A stretch of DNA of 64,000 nt from Octopus sinensis (GCF_006345805.1 NC_043015.1:2356001-2420000); one strand, 5' to 3'; numbered from the stretch's first letter, positions 15,664 through 27,301 are shown. The notes: a model not told the origin generated them from the sequence alone. Made by a program: numbers and translations.

Positions 15664-15706
<43 letters not shown>

Positions 15707-15780
15707 ACATATACATATGTATGCATATATGTATATATAAATACATACATACATACATCCATACATATATCCATCCATAC

Positions 15781-15823
<43 letters not shown>

Positions 15824-15854
15824 AATACATATATACGTATATATATGCGTATAT

Positions 15855-15904
<50 letters not shown>

Positions 15905-15972
15905 TATGTATGTTTATATGTATATATAAATACATATATACGTATATATATGCGTATATATATATATATATA

Positions 15973-16003
<31 letters not shown>

Positions 16004-16030
16004 CGTGTGTATCTATATATATATATATGA
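15545..16030. repeat. Compound TA/TACA low-complexity array
   Basis: Direct reading. Confidence 0.9.
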
Positions 16031-16546
16031 TGTTAAAGAGAGGTATTGCGACGTCATATCCGGTTGCCAATTAAGTCGGTTAATAGCATTGCGTTAAATG
16101 CAAAGTGAAAATCGTCGAACTAACTGCAGTTGTCATGAGACATGCTCATGGACACTGGAACTCGAGAATTAGTGCTATGTAAATTTACAGGTATGATCAA
16201 ATAATGTTTCTTCAAATAGTAGAATGTGTAGACTACAGAAACAAAATACTCTGCAGTATTTAGCTTCACACACTAAACTTAGAGCTGAAATGGTTCGTAG
16301 TCATTTAAGCGTTATATGTGTTTGTTCATGGTTTAATAATATATAGAGAAATATTAATGTAATAATGTCACTGGAATAACGAATTGAATGGGTACTTGAT
16401 TTGCATTACATATGTTAAATACTTGAAAACATAAAGCCGTACAATTTAGCAGGTTCATTATATATTTGTATACTTATGTTTACTTTAATCAATCTACCTA
16501 TATAACTATTTATCTACCAATATATCTATCTATCTATCTATCTATC

Positions 16547-16621
<75 letters not shown>

Positions 16622-16626
<5 letters not shown>

Positions 16627-17446
16627 GGAAATGAAGAAAATGCTGACAAATAATTGAAGTAATTTAAGTAATTAATTAGGTGAAAGTTCTTTTTACCGGT
16701 TGCGCATTTGTTATGCTTATCAAAATATAAAAGAGAGATTAGAGTCTGTCTCTTATATGTGAAAAAAAGAGGCTCCAGAGTTGTTTTGGATTTGCTTGGT
16801 TTCGCGCCAAAAATTTTGATTGGTCATTATGAAGGGGTCACGTGAATGTTTGAATGGAAGTTGGTGTTGGGGTAAGAAAAAAGGCTCCAGAGAAGTTAAA
16901 ATTTGGCTAGTGTCCCGCCTAAAATTTCTTATTGGCCATAATAAAGAGGTCACGTGAATGTTTAGAATTTTCGAAAATAGTGTTGTTGAAAATTCTTATT
17001 GTTCAGGCTGGTCAGTAGACGTCATGTGGATATTTTAAATAGCTTTTTAGCGCGTAGTTAGGGAGTGTATTTTCCGCTTGACTGGATAAGTAAGTTCGTT
17101 TAGAACAGGGAGAGCTGTATGTATGTATGTGTGTGTGCGCGCGCGCGTGTGTGTGTTTATATGTATGTTGGGGCGCGCGCGCGTGTATATATGTGTATGT
17201 GTGTGGGTACAATTTTCAATATTTATAGTTCTGCTGGCCTTGTGCCTGTATCGGGAAGCAACGTATTTGTGTGAAGTCAATATTTACAGCCATTTCCAAA
17301 AAATAGTGTTGGATGTTTTGCACCCGTATTCAATTATGTGTATGTGTGGAACCCTATATTTGTGTGTGTCATGGTGTTAATATCTGGGTAAAGGTGTGTG
17401 TAGGGTGTGTGCAGCTGTAAGTGTGTTTGTTGTGGGTTCGTGTTAG
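16622..17446 (-). repeat. Inverted pseudo-LTR (5' copy) of the Penelope-like element
   Basis: Reverse complement of 19517-20345 with only scattered substitutions and single-base indels. Confidence 0.95.
16688..16734 (-). ncRNA. Type I hammerhead-like motif, variant core (inverted copy)
   Basis: Reverse complement identical to 20230-20276. Confidence 0.6.
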
Positions 17447-17449
17447 GGG

Positions 17450-19588
17450 GGATGAGTTACTAGCTAGAAATAAAAGCAACTACACCCCACGAAAAGGTAG
17501 AAATAAAATCCTAGACGAATTCTGTGAGCACATTACAAACTTCCCCTACCAACACTTACACAAACCAAAACCCAAACCAAACCTCAACAAGAAAGAGTGG
17601 GAAGAATTAAACAAATTAAAAAATGAAAGATCTATCACCATTAAAGAGGCCGATAAAGGAAGTGCAGTAGTCTTAATGGAGACAGAATACTATATCAACT
17701 TAGCACTCTCCACCTTGGAAAATGGAACATATTACGAAAAGGCTGAACACTACAATCACAGAAAATTATGAGAAACTTAAAAACCTGATCAACCCCCACG
17801 AAGAAGAACTCACTAACAAAGAATTCAACTTCATCACAAATTTCACTAGTAAAACCAGCCTCTTCTACGGTATTCCCAAAATTCATAAAAGCGAATTAAT
17901 AAGTAAGGCATGCAAGGAAGCCACAAACTCTGTAATCAATGTCCCCTCACCAAATGACCTCAAATTGAGACCTATAATAGCAGGTCCCGCTTGCGAAACC
18001 CACCGCCTTAGCAACTTCATTGATACCCTTCTCAAGCCGTTCCTCAAACACATTAAAAGCTACATAAGGGACGATCTAGATATGCTCAACCACCTCCCCA
18101 ATACACTTCTTGCTGAACAAACCCTGCTAGTAACATTCGATGTAGTCAATCTTTACTCCAACATCCCCCACAACCTAGGAATAGAAGCTATCCAATTCTG
18201 GCTGGATAATTACTCCAACGAACTCCCACACCGCATCAAAAAGGAATTTATTTTAGAAGGACTCAAATTCATCTTAGAGAATAATTTCTTCACCTTCAAC
18301 AACAAATTCTACAGACAGAAATCAGGGACGGCAATGGGAACGAAAACAGCTCCCACTTACGCCAACTTAGTCATGGGATACCTGGAAATCACCCTCTATA
18401 ATAACGTTCTTAACCAATTTGGCACCACTCTCCACACACACATAGAGAAGAACTGGAAGAGATATCTTGATGACTGCTTCATCCTTTGGCCCGAAACCGT
18501 CGAGAAGCTTAACGAATTTCACACTCTTATAAATGGGCTCAACACAAACATTATTTTCACAATGGAATACAGCCCTCAACAAATTCCCTTCCTCGACATC
18601 CTCATTAAAATTCACAACAAAAAAATAGAAACAGACATATACTACAAGCCCACAGACTCCAAGCAATACCTCCCTTTCAATTCATGCCACCCTAGACACG
18701 TTAAAATTAACATTCCCTACAACTTAGCCAAGAGAATTTGCACTATAGTCTCAATAAAAACACCCGTCTCTTACGTCTACAAGAACTCAAGGGCACATTA
18801 ACAAGCAGGGATTACCCCACGTCACTAATGACAATGGGATCCAACGCGCCCTAAAACTCAGCACGCAGGAACTTAGACGCCCTAAACCTGTTACATCGAA
18901 ACGCCATACTCTACCATACATCTCTACACACAACCCCCTCAACAATGAAGCTTTTGACACCATCCTCCAGAACATTCCTGTATTACAAAAGGACCATAGA
19001 ATGAAACAAATCCTCCTAACACACGAAATCATAAAGAGCAAAAGGCAACCCAAATCATTGAAAACCATCCTAACAAATGCCAAAGTACTGCCAACCACAA
19101 CAACTAAACCCACAGTAAACAAATGCAATAGACCCAACTGTGTTATATGCATCAACCTAATAGAAGGTCCGGAATTCCTTTTTAAACAAGGACAACGTTT
19201 CACAGTAAAACACAACTTCACATGCGCATCAGAAAACCTAGTATATGTCTTAACTTGCTCGGGCTGTAATGAACACTACATAGGCCAAACAAAACATAGC
19301 CTCCGCCAACGCATGACTGTCCACAGATCCCAAATAAAAATACAGGAATATAGAAAAATAGCATTTAGTGCACATATTGATACCTGTGCCGCACAACTCC
19401 ATCCCAATTTTAGAATATTTCCCCCCTACAAATTTAAAGACAATGCCACTCATACCCAGCGAATAACCATGGAATCCCACCTTATTAATAAATACAGACC
19501 ACTTCTAAACACATGTCCCTATCACGAACCCACAACAAACACACTTACACCTGCACACACCCTACACACACCTTTACCCAGATATTAA
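17450..19588 (+). CDS. Penelope-like reverse transcriptase + GIY-YIG endonuclease (frameshifted, N-terminally truncated)
   Basis: IKEADKGSAVV, FYGIPKIHK, LRPII, FDVVNLYSNI, GTAMGTKTAPTYANL, WKRYLDDCF, PFLDI (RT); CNRPNCVIC Cys motif; VYVLTC...YIGQT...RQRMTVH (GIY-YIG). Frameshifts near 17765-17782, 18752 and 18828. Confidence 0.95.
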
Positions 19589-20000
19589 CACCATGACACA
19601 CACAAATATAGGGTTCCACACATACACATAATTGAATACGGGTGCAAAACATCCAACACTATTTTTTGGAAATGGCTGTAAATATTGACTTCACACAAAT
19701 ACGTTGCTTCCCGATACAGGCACAAGGCCAGCAGAACTATAAATATTGAAAATGTACCCACACACATACACATATATACACGCGCGCGCGCCCCAACATA
19801 CATATAAACACACACACGCGCCGCGCGCACACACACATACATACATACAGCTCTCCCTGTTTAAAACGAACTTACTTATCCAGTCAAGCGGAAAATACAC
19901 TCCCTAACTACGCGCTAAAAAGCTATTTAAAATATCCACATGACGTCTACTGACCAGCCTGAACAATAAGAATTTTCAACAACACTATTTTCGAAAATTC

Positions 20001-20196
20001 TAAACATTCACGTGACCTCTTTATTATGGCCAATAAGAATTTTAGGCGGGACACTAGCCAAATTTTAACTTCTCTGGAGCCTTTTTTCTTACCCCAACAC
20101 CAACTTCCATTCAAACATTCACGTGACCCCTTCATAATGACCAATCAAAATTTTAGGCGCGAAACCAAGCAAATCCAAAACAACTCTGGAGCCTCT
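20001..20196 (+). promoter_or_regulatory. Two ~111-bp tandem modules, each with CACGTGAC (E-box) and CCAAT, within the pseudo-LTR
   Basis: CACGTG at 20009 and 20120, CCAAT at 20030 and 20141; regulatory function is inferred only. Confidence 0.4.
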
Positions 20197-20229
20197 TTTT
20201 TTCACATATAAGAGACAGACTCTAATCTC

Positions 20230-20276
20230 TCTTTTATATTTTGATAAGCATAACAAATGCGCAACCGGTAAAAAGA
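20230..20276 (+). ncRNA. Type I hammerhead-like motif, variant core UUGAUAA...GCAA
   Basis: TCTTTTATATT-TTGATAA-GCAT(AACAA)ATGC-GCAA-CCGG-TA-AAAAGA; predicted cleavage after A20270; located near the pseudo-LTR 3' end. Confidence 0.6.
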
Positions 20277-20382
20277 ACTTTCACCTAATTAAATTACTTA
20301 AATTACTTCAATTATTTGTCAGCATTTTCTTCATTTCCTTTTTTATATATCACTACTCGTGCTCGACATCTCCTTTTTATTA

Positions 20383-20448
<66 letters not shown>

Positions 20449-20639
20449 CTGTCTATCTCTCTGTCTGTCTATTTATTTAACTATCTGTCTATTTATCTGT
20501 CTATTGTTTTATATATCTCCCTCACAGTCTATATACTTATATGAATGAAAAAGAGACAGGCATAGATGCGCAGGAGAGACAAAACACAGACAATTAATAT
20601 TAGTAATCGAAAGGTGATGTAATATATGTGGGTAATTCC

Positions 20640-22036
20640 CATTTGAATGATCGTTCCGTCAGTAGACATCATCCTATGAATCTTTGTACTTTAGAAACTG
20701 ACCTCGCCTACAAGAAATGTGTCTGCTTAAGAAAGATGTTTGTATTACTCATTTCAAGAAGAGAAATAGGGGTCTGACTGCATGCTTTTCTGTTGATGGA
20801 CCACTGTGTTTCAGTAATAACACTGATGAGTTATTTCGCTGTTTTTTTCAAGAGCATGTTCCAGTTAAATGGCGCTTATTCATTGATTCCTCTAAGAGAA
20901 GCCTGAAGGCAGTACTACTACACAACGGTAATAAGAAACCAGCCAGTCCCATAGGACATTCAGTGCACATGAAGGAGTGTTATGAACACATTCAAGTACT
21001 CCTCAATGCCATAAAGCATACAAACTACAGCTGGAAAATATGCGGAGATTTGAAGGTGATTGGAATGATGATGTGAATGCAATCTGGGTTCACCAAATAT
21101 TGTTGCTTTTTATGTCTATGGGACAGTCGTGCAACTAACAATCACTATGTGCAATTAGAGTGGCCTTTGCGAAAATCATGAGCCAGGAGTTTCTAACGTC
21201 CAGAGTAAGCCACTTTTAAACCGAGAAAATGTTCTTCTTTCCCCTCCTCACATAAAACTTGGCCTCATGAAACAAATCGTGAAGACACTTGCCAGGAAAA
21301 GATCAAAAAGTTTTGTATATGTGAAGGCCAAATTTCCAAAAATCACCGAGGCAAAATTGAAGGAAGGCGTATTCCTAGGTCCACTTCCTTACAACACTGG
21401 ATGAGATTGAGCTTAAAACCTGGGAATCCTTCAAATGGTTCTGTGAAAATTTCCTAGGCAACAAGAGATCTCTAGAGTTTAGAAATGGAGTAAAATGTCT
21501 TCTAGACTCCTACGCTGCAATGGGCTGTAGTATGTCACTAAAAGTCCATTTCCTTGATTCACATCTGAACTCTTTTGCAGAAGAACCTTGGAGCAGTGTC
21601 TGATGAGAAAGGGAAACGCTTCTATCAAGATATTGCATCGATGAACAACGATATCAAGGATTTTGGAATACAGGAATGTTAGCTGACTACTGTTGGATGT
21701 TATACAGGGATGAACCTGAAACAAAACACCATAGAAAATCCAAATCCCAAAGATTTTAAGTTGTTACGCATTCAAGTGTATTCTAACTTATTTGTACGCA
21801 ATAACTTTTATTTTGTATAATAAAATGTCCATGAAATTATCGTATCTTGTATTCAAAATACTTTATATAGACATGCTTTACGTATCCTATAAGTTAAAAC
21901 AGCAGGTATCATTAACATGAATATGTGACCTGATAGAGGAAATCGGACGTCAGATTCGTTCGTAATCAGCATCAAAATTTAATACAGAAAAGTCAATCAG
22001 CAACTCCGATATTTAAAAAAAAAGTTATTACCACTG
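20640..22036 (+). mobile_element. Decayed Chapaev3-like (CMC) DNA transposon, 5'-truncated
   Basis: WRLFIDSSKRSLKAVLLHNGNK, WKICGDLKV, GFTKYCCFLCLWDSRA, HIKLGLMK, EAKLKEGVFLGP, MSLKVHFLDSHL, GAVSDE, YQG.WN.GMLADYCW; stops and frameshifts; 3' subterminal TCAGATTCG..TAATCAGCATCAAAATT. Family assignment from recalled motifs. Confidence 0.8.
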
Positions 22037-22042
22037 TCATAA

Positions 22043-22240
22043 GTCGGTGAACTGGCATAAACGTTTGCATGCCGGGCAAAATGTTTAGTGACATTTCGTT
22101 CTTCATTACCTTCTGAATTCAAATTCCGCTGAGATCCACTTTTATTTACATGCTTCTGCGGTTGATGAAATAAGTAATAGTCGATACAATAGAGTTCTCC
22201 CCTCACCGAACTTGCTGAATTTGTTAACATTTGAAAGCAA
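22043..22240 (+). mobile_element. Diverged SINE A-related copy
   Basis: GGTGAACTGGCATAAACGTTTGCATGCCGGGCAAAATGTTTAG...GAATTCAAATTCCGCTGAG. Confidence 0.75.
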
Positions 22241-22759
22241 TATTTATAAAATTAATAAAGAGGAAATTCGAATAGCCTATGATGCGGACAGAATTACAAA
22301 ACATAATGACATATGCAAAAATGTATTTGTGCATAATTACCATATGTTAAACTCATTTGCTTTACTGTTACTGTTCCAATAAATAATAGCTAAAAATTTG
22401 TATATTTAAAAATTATATTGTCTAAACTTATTAACATCTAAATTAAGTACAATAATATGGATGCAAAATATTTTGAATAACTCGCATAAAATTATGCTGG
22501 CTAACTTTGTTTGTTTCAGGATTGTTGATTTCCTCTAAATTGTTACCGACAAAACAATGGAGATGATAGTCGTTGTCGAGCTTGATAACATATAAAAATA
22601 AATATAGAAACTAATTTTAAAATTTTAATCTAATGTTTTTGTTACATTCTGCGAAAATGTTTTATTTTGAATAATTGAATCATTTCCATAATTATCGTAA
22701 ACGAATTATTTTTACTCAGTATTTTTCCATTATTTAATGGAGGATTCTAACATGTGCTG

Positions 22760-23560
22760 CTTTTTTCTGCGAATATCCAAATCAAACAAATGGCTGCTGT
22801 ACTAAATTTTTGGAAACGCATCATATACTTGAACATGGAATGGCAATATGTTTCTAAAGTGATTTGTGTAATTTGAGGCTCTACCTCAGTAATTCGTCGA
22901 TGCTCATTAAAATTTCAATTCGTAATTGAAGCAAAAGTCGTTTAAGATCAAATGGAATCTCTTCAGGGATTAAAGAGATACTTGAATTTATAAGACGTAT
23001 TTGTTGTTTTGTGTCACAAATGCTACCTTTCTAGTTTGAAAAGAAAATGCAACTTCTTCACAATCAGATGAGTACCATTGCATAGTTGAGAGGCATATAA
23101 AATTTCTATAAAAATAACGGGTCTCCTGACTTCAAGTATTGATGATATGGAGGGTTCAGTAAAACAGAAAATCACCGATTAAGATATTCCAGATTTTAAA
23201 AGCTTATGATTAAAGGGAACATTTTGATGAAGATCAAAACACTTAAATCCATGTCTATTTATTAAATGTATTATTCAGATAATTCACTCACTCTTTTAAA
23301 ATAGGGAAAATAATTGATATCTGAATAATCTTCTCGTCATTTTCCTCTTTTATTCGACGAACAGTTTGAAAATGTTATTGTGTTCTGTTACAATTCTTAG
23401 GTTTGTTGACAGAATTGAATTCTTCACATGCCACAAACAAATGAGGTTTTGAAAATTGTAATGAATCCATTTGCTTGTGTGCTTTGAGAAATCATAAACA
23501 GAATCTTAGGGAAAAAGACAGCGAGCAACATTAATATTCCATCCTTCATATTAATTTATC
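22760..23560 (-). pseudogene. Decayed Helitron (Pif1-like) helicase fragment
   Basis: Minus-strand LCNGTHLIVKKL (23049-23085) and SLIPEEIPFDLKR..L..MSI...SLK (about 22860-22975) match Pif1/Helitron motifs LCNGTRL.V and IP..PF..KR.QFP.R.AFAMTI.K.QGQ.L. Confidence 0.65.
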
Positions 23561-24491
23561 TTGAATGCTAACGTTCGATTGCCTATGAATATGTAGGAAA
23601 TGTGAAGGCACACACATTGGGAAACACTTATTCTGTCATCATGCAAAATCATGGTCCCCATGTGAAATACTAACCGATGTAGTCATACTGAACAAAATGA
23701 ATTACAATTTATCATAGTTCGAATCCTCTCTCAGATAGTAATATTTTCAAAATGAAACTTATATTCATTGAGTAGAATGAGGGTAAAGAACTGAGAAAAG
23801 TGGTGTCGGATACGATGACAGAGTTTTATCTACTCTCATTTTGAACTGTAATCACAGAAATAATCTGATGTAAAATATATCCTGACAAGATATTTATCCA
23901 ATCTGCATATTCGATGTTTGAGGTGAATGTTGCACTTAATTCTATGAGCATTGTCTTTCTAATTTTCTAATTTTCTTTATAAATTTTTATAGGTATGTAT
24001 ATGGGTGTGCTTTTTGAGGTGTGTACATACATACAAAAACACCATTACTACACTATTTCATTAGTAATTGCTCGGTGATCTCCTACAAGTTTTGACCTTA
24101 TACTATTATCATTGGTTACGTATATGCAAAAATCGAAACCGCTTATCAAAATCAATAGCAGAAAATTTTCATGAAGTTTGTTCACAAAAACAATTCTACG
24201 AATTATTTATAGTTCCTAATTCTAGTGGAAAGAAGACAGGTTTGTCGTTGGTGCAAATATATCACAACCCTCTCACGAAAATAATGAGATGCAGGGAAAA
24301 AAACCCTACATTTTTCAGTCGAGGTCATATTTGCTCCATTATTAAAATGTTTTCCTTAGTCGTTGCATGGTTATGACCCATAAGCTTTAAGCACATAAAA
24401 GTGAATAATTATTATTATTAACTCCAGACTTGTAAATGTTGACGCTACTTACTAAAAACCATCACAGACACAATGTATATCGATATATTAT

Positions 24492-24525
<34 letters not shown>

Positions 24526-24587
24526 GTATATGAATGTATATATGTGTACATATATATGTATCATATGTATGAGTATATGCGCATATG

Positions 24588-24625
<38 letters not shown>

Positions 24626-25002
24626 GTATGGTATTTTATGTCAGAAGTTATATACACACACATGTATATATGACCTAACACAGTAAACACTGTTTATATA
24701 CATTCATAAATTGAAAACATATCCAGGTTTTCTTTAAAATATAATTAGCGCTGCTGTGGAATTATAACTTGTGAATAAATCATAAAAGAACCACGGGAGA
24801 AAACACTATCAAACTGCGTATATGATTCAGTAGCCCAATCTTTAATATTCTGTTTGAAAAGAAACAGGTGCATATATACACGTGTTTATTTATCTATCGT
24901 TTGTCTCTCTCTCTCTCTCCCTCTCTCTCTCTATTTTTGTATCTATATATACATATCTATATCTATCTATATATAAATATACATATATATATATATATAT
25001 AT

Positions 25003-25038
<36 letters not shown>

Positions 25039-25174
25039 ATATATATATATATATATTATATATATATATATCCGTCTATCTATATTTCTAAATCTCTCTT
25101 TTAATATATTTCTCTCTGTGTGTGTATGTGCGTGCGTGCGTGTGTCCGTGTGTGTGAGTATGTTTTCCGAAATA

Positions 25175-25290
25175 CTTGTTTCCTGGTCCATTCGCACTAC
25201 GTGTTAGCTCACAGCAAGTGTCGACTACGATATCTCCCGAGCCGAACAGTGCCCTGCGTGTGGGTTTGGTAGACAGAAATTGAAAACATC
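25175..25290 (+). mobile_element. Old SINE B 5' fragment
   Basis: CACTACGTG...GCAAGTGTC...GCCGAAC...GTGGGTTTGGTAGACAGAAATTGAAA. Confidence 0.55.
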
Positions 25291-25370
25291 GGATTATATC
25301 CATGCTATTCAGTATGTATGCAATGATTATACACACCCACATGTATAGGTACATGTATATATATATATAT

Positions 25371-25470
<100 letters not shown>

Positions 25471-26046
25471 CATACAAACATCAAAGATAAGGGATGCAAC
25501 ATTTAAACAACACATTGAAATCATTTTATAACAAGTTGAATTTGTTACGTAAATTTTAATGAAAACCTTAGTTTTTCATCGGGGTATGTGACCTTAATAT
25601 AGCTTACAGGATATAAATATAATTTGCATTTACAGCACGGGTGCAAACTACGTTGAGGTAACAAAGACCTGGAGGTTACACACACTGATTTTCGTTCGTT
25701 ACAATTTACATTAGAAAGTTAAGATTCAAATAAAGCTATTGCATTCTATATTTTACCTCTTCCACTTGTTATCTGTCGTAGTTTTATTCGCTTCTTTAAC
25801 ACCGTAACATGCTAAACGCTAAGTTGCATAGAGACAGTTATAACGTAATGTTTATTAGTGCCTAAATGCTTGGAGGATCTTACCTTCCTACATTTCGAAG
25901 ATCCAGAGTGAAAAGAGAAATACCCTTGGTTCAATTCATTCCGGCAGAACGGCCAAGAATGTGCTCGAGTGTATCTGCTTTCAAATATATGCATAAATAA
26001 ATAAAACAATGCAGTAATACGTATTCCTATATATGTATGCATACAT

Positions 26047-26079
<33 letters not shown>

Positions 26080-26081
26080 TA

Positions 26082-26153
<72 letters not shown>

Positions 26154-26278
26154 TATATACATATATATATATATATATATTATATATGTACATATATATT
26201 GTTGTATTTGGGGATGGTCATGTTGCCAGTTTAGCCATTAAAAACACAGGCACTCTATATTTTGTGTTAATTTGCTTC

Positions 26279-26323
<45 letters not shown>

Positions 26324-26556
26324 TAAGGGTAGAAATCAATATTTATCAATTAAAACCAGTGGTTTAACATATTAAAATTCGAAGATTAAATATTTTTATA
26401 TATACCAATTAAGGACTGAACACGAAAAAGTGAACAGTCAACATGCTAGATATAGATGTCAAATCGCCATTCTCCACAAAAGATTATGTTCTCTGATCAA
26501 ACTCAACACCAACCCAAGCAATAAACAAGTGAAAATATACGAAAAATAATACTCAT

Positions 26557-26620
26557 CCATGTACTGAATCAGTTTCGACTATTATTATCCCTAAGGATAC
26601 CCGTAGTCTTCGCAGCATGG
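26557..26620 (-). ncRNA. Type I hammerhead, core mutated (one base missing: CUG-CGA)
   Basis: Reverse complement CCATG-CTGCGAA-GACTA...TAGTC-GAAA-CTGATTCAG-TA-CATGG. Confidence 0.7.
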
Positions 26621-27001
26621 CCGATATGAAGAAATCTGCTGAACTAGATGCAAAAAACGATACCGGAGTATCATCATGTGCGTAGAGTTCAACCGATTAC
26701 ATCTGAATGTAAATTTCAAATGCCTTTCACTTTGGCGCGTTGAGACCCGAAGAAAATAGCCTGCAGCTAATAATTAGCAGCAGTCAATTTATCGGTTAGA
26801 GAAACATATTTATTTTTTTATAAAATTACTTAAGGGTAGAAATCAATATTTATCAATAACATATTAAAAAAATCTGAAGATTAAATATTTTTATATATAC
26901 CAATTAAGGACTGAACACGAAAATCGGTTGAACTCTACGCACATGATGATACTCCGGTATCGTTTTTTTGCATCAAGTTCAGCAGATTTCATTCATATCG
27001 G

Positions 27002-27066
27002 CCATGCTGACGAAGACTACGGGTATCCTTACGGTTAATAATAGTCGAAACTGATTCAGTACATGG
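27002..27066 (+). ncRNA. Type I hammerhead ribozyme, apparently intact
   Basis: CCATG-CTGACGA-A-GACTA(loop)TAGTC-GAAA-CTGA T TCAG-TA-CATGG: all three stems pair; predicted cleavage after A27061. Confidence 0.88.
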
Positions 27067-27216
27067 ATGAGTATTATTTTTCGTATATTTTCACTTGTTT
27101 ATTGCTTGGGTTGGTGTTGAGTTTGATTAGAGAACATAATCTTTTGTGGAGAATGGCGATTTGACGTCTATATCTAGCATGTTGACAGTCCACTTTTTCG
27201 CGTTCAGTCCTTAATT

Positions 27217-27267
<51 letters not shown>

Positions 27268-27301
27268 ATATGCGTGCATATATGTCATAAATATGTATAT
27301 A

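Larger units (their letters stand above)
16622..20345 (+). mobile_element. Penelope-like retroelement (Neptune-type), 5'-truncated, with inverted 5' pseudo-LTR
   Basis: RT + GIY-YIG coding region bracketed by ~830-bp inverted repeats (16622-17446 vs 19517-20345); no TSD; left end abuts (TA)n. Confidence 0.95.
19517..20345 (+). repeat. 3' pseudo-LTR of the Penelope-like element
   Basis: Overlaps the last codons of the ORF; inverted partner 16622-17446. Confidence 0.95.
26316..27225. mobile_element. Non-coding hammerhead-bearing element (retrozyme-like / non-autonomous Penelope derivative)
   Basis: Direct repeat 26325-26428 vs 26832-26922 (period 507 bp); inverted arms about 26395-26697 vs 26920-27225; HHR in each arm; (TA)n on both sides; no ORF. 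Confidence 0.8.

Noticed and set aside
18367-19480. Minus-strand ORFs at 18367-18666, 18787-19221 and 19250-19480
   Set aside because: Antisense shadows of the Penelope ORF, whose plus strand is poor in the triplets that would create minus-strand stops.
21600-21620. CTGATGAG…GAAAC hammerhead-like core
   Set aside because: It encodes the conserved SDE.G.R transposase motif; no stems I-III form.
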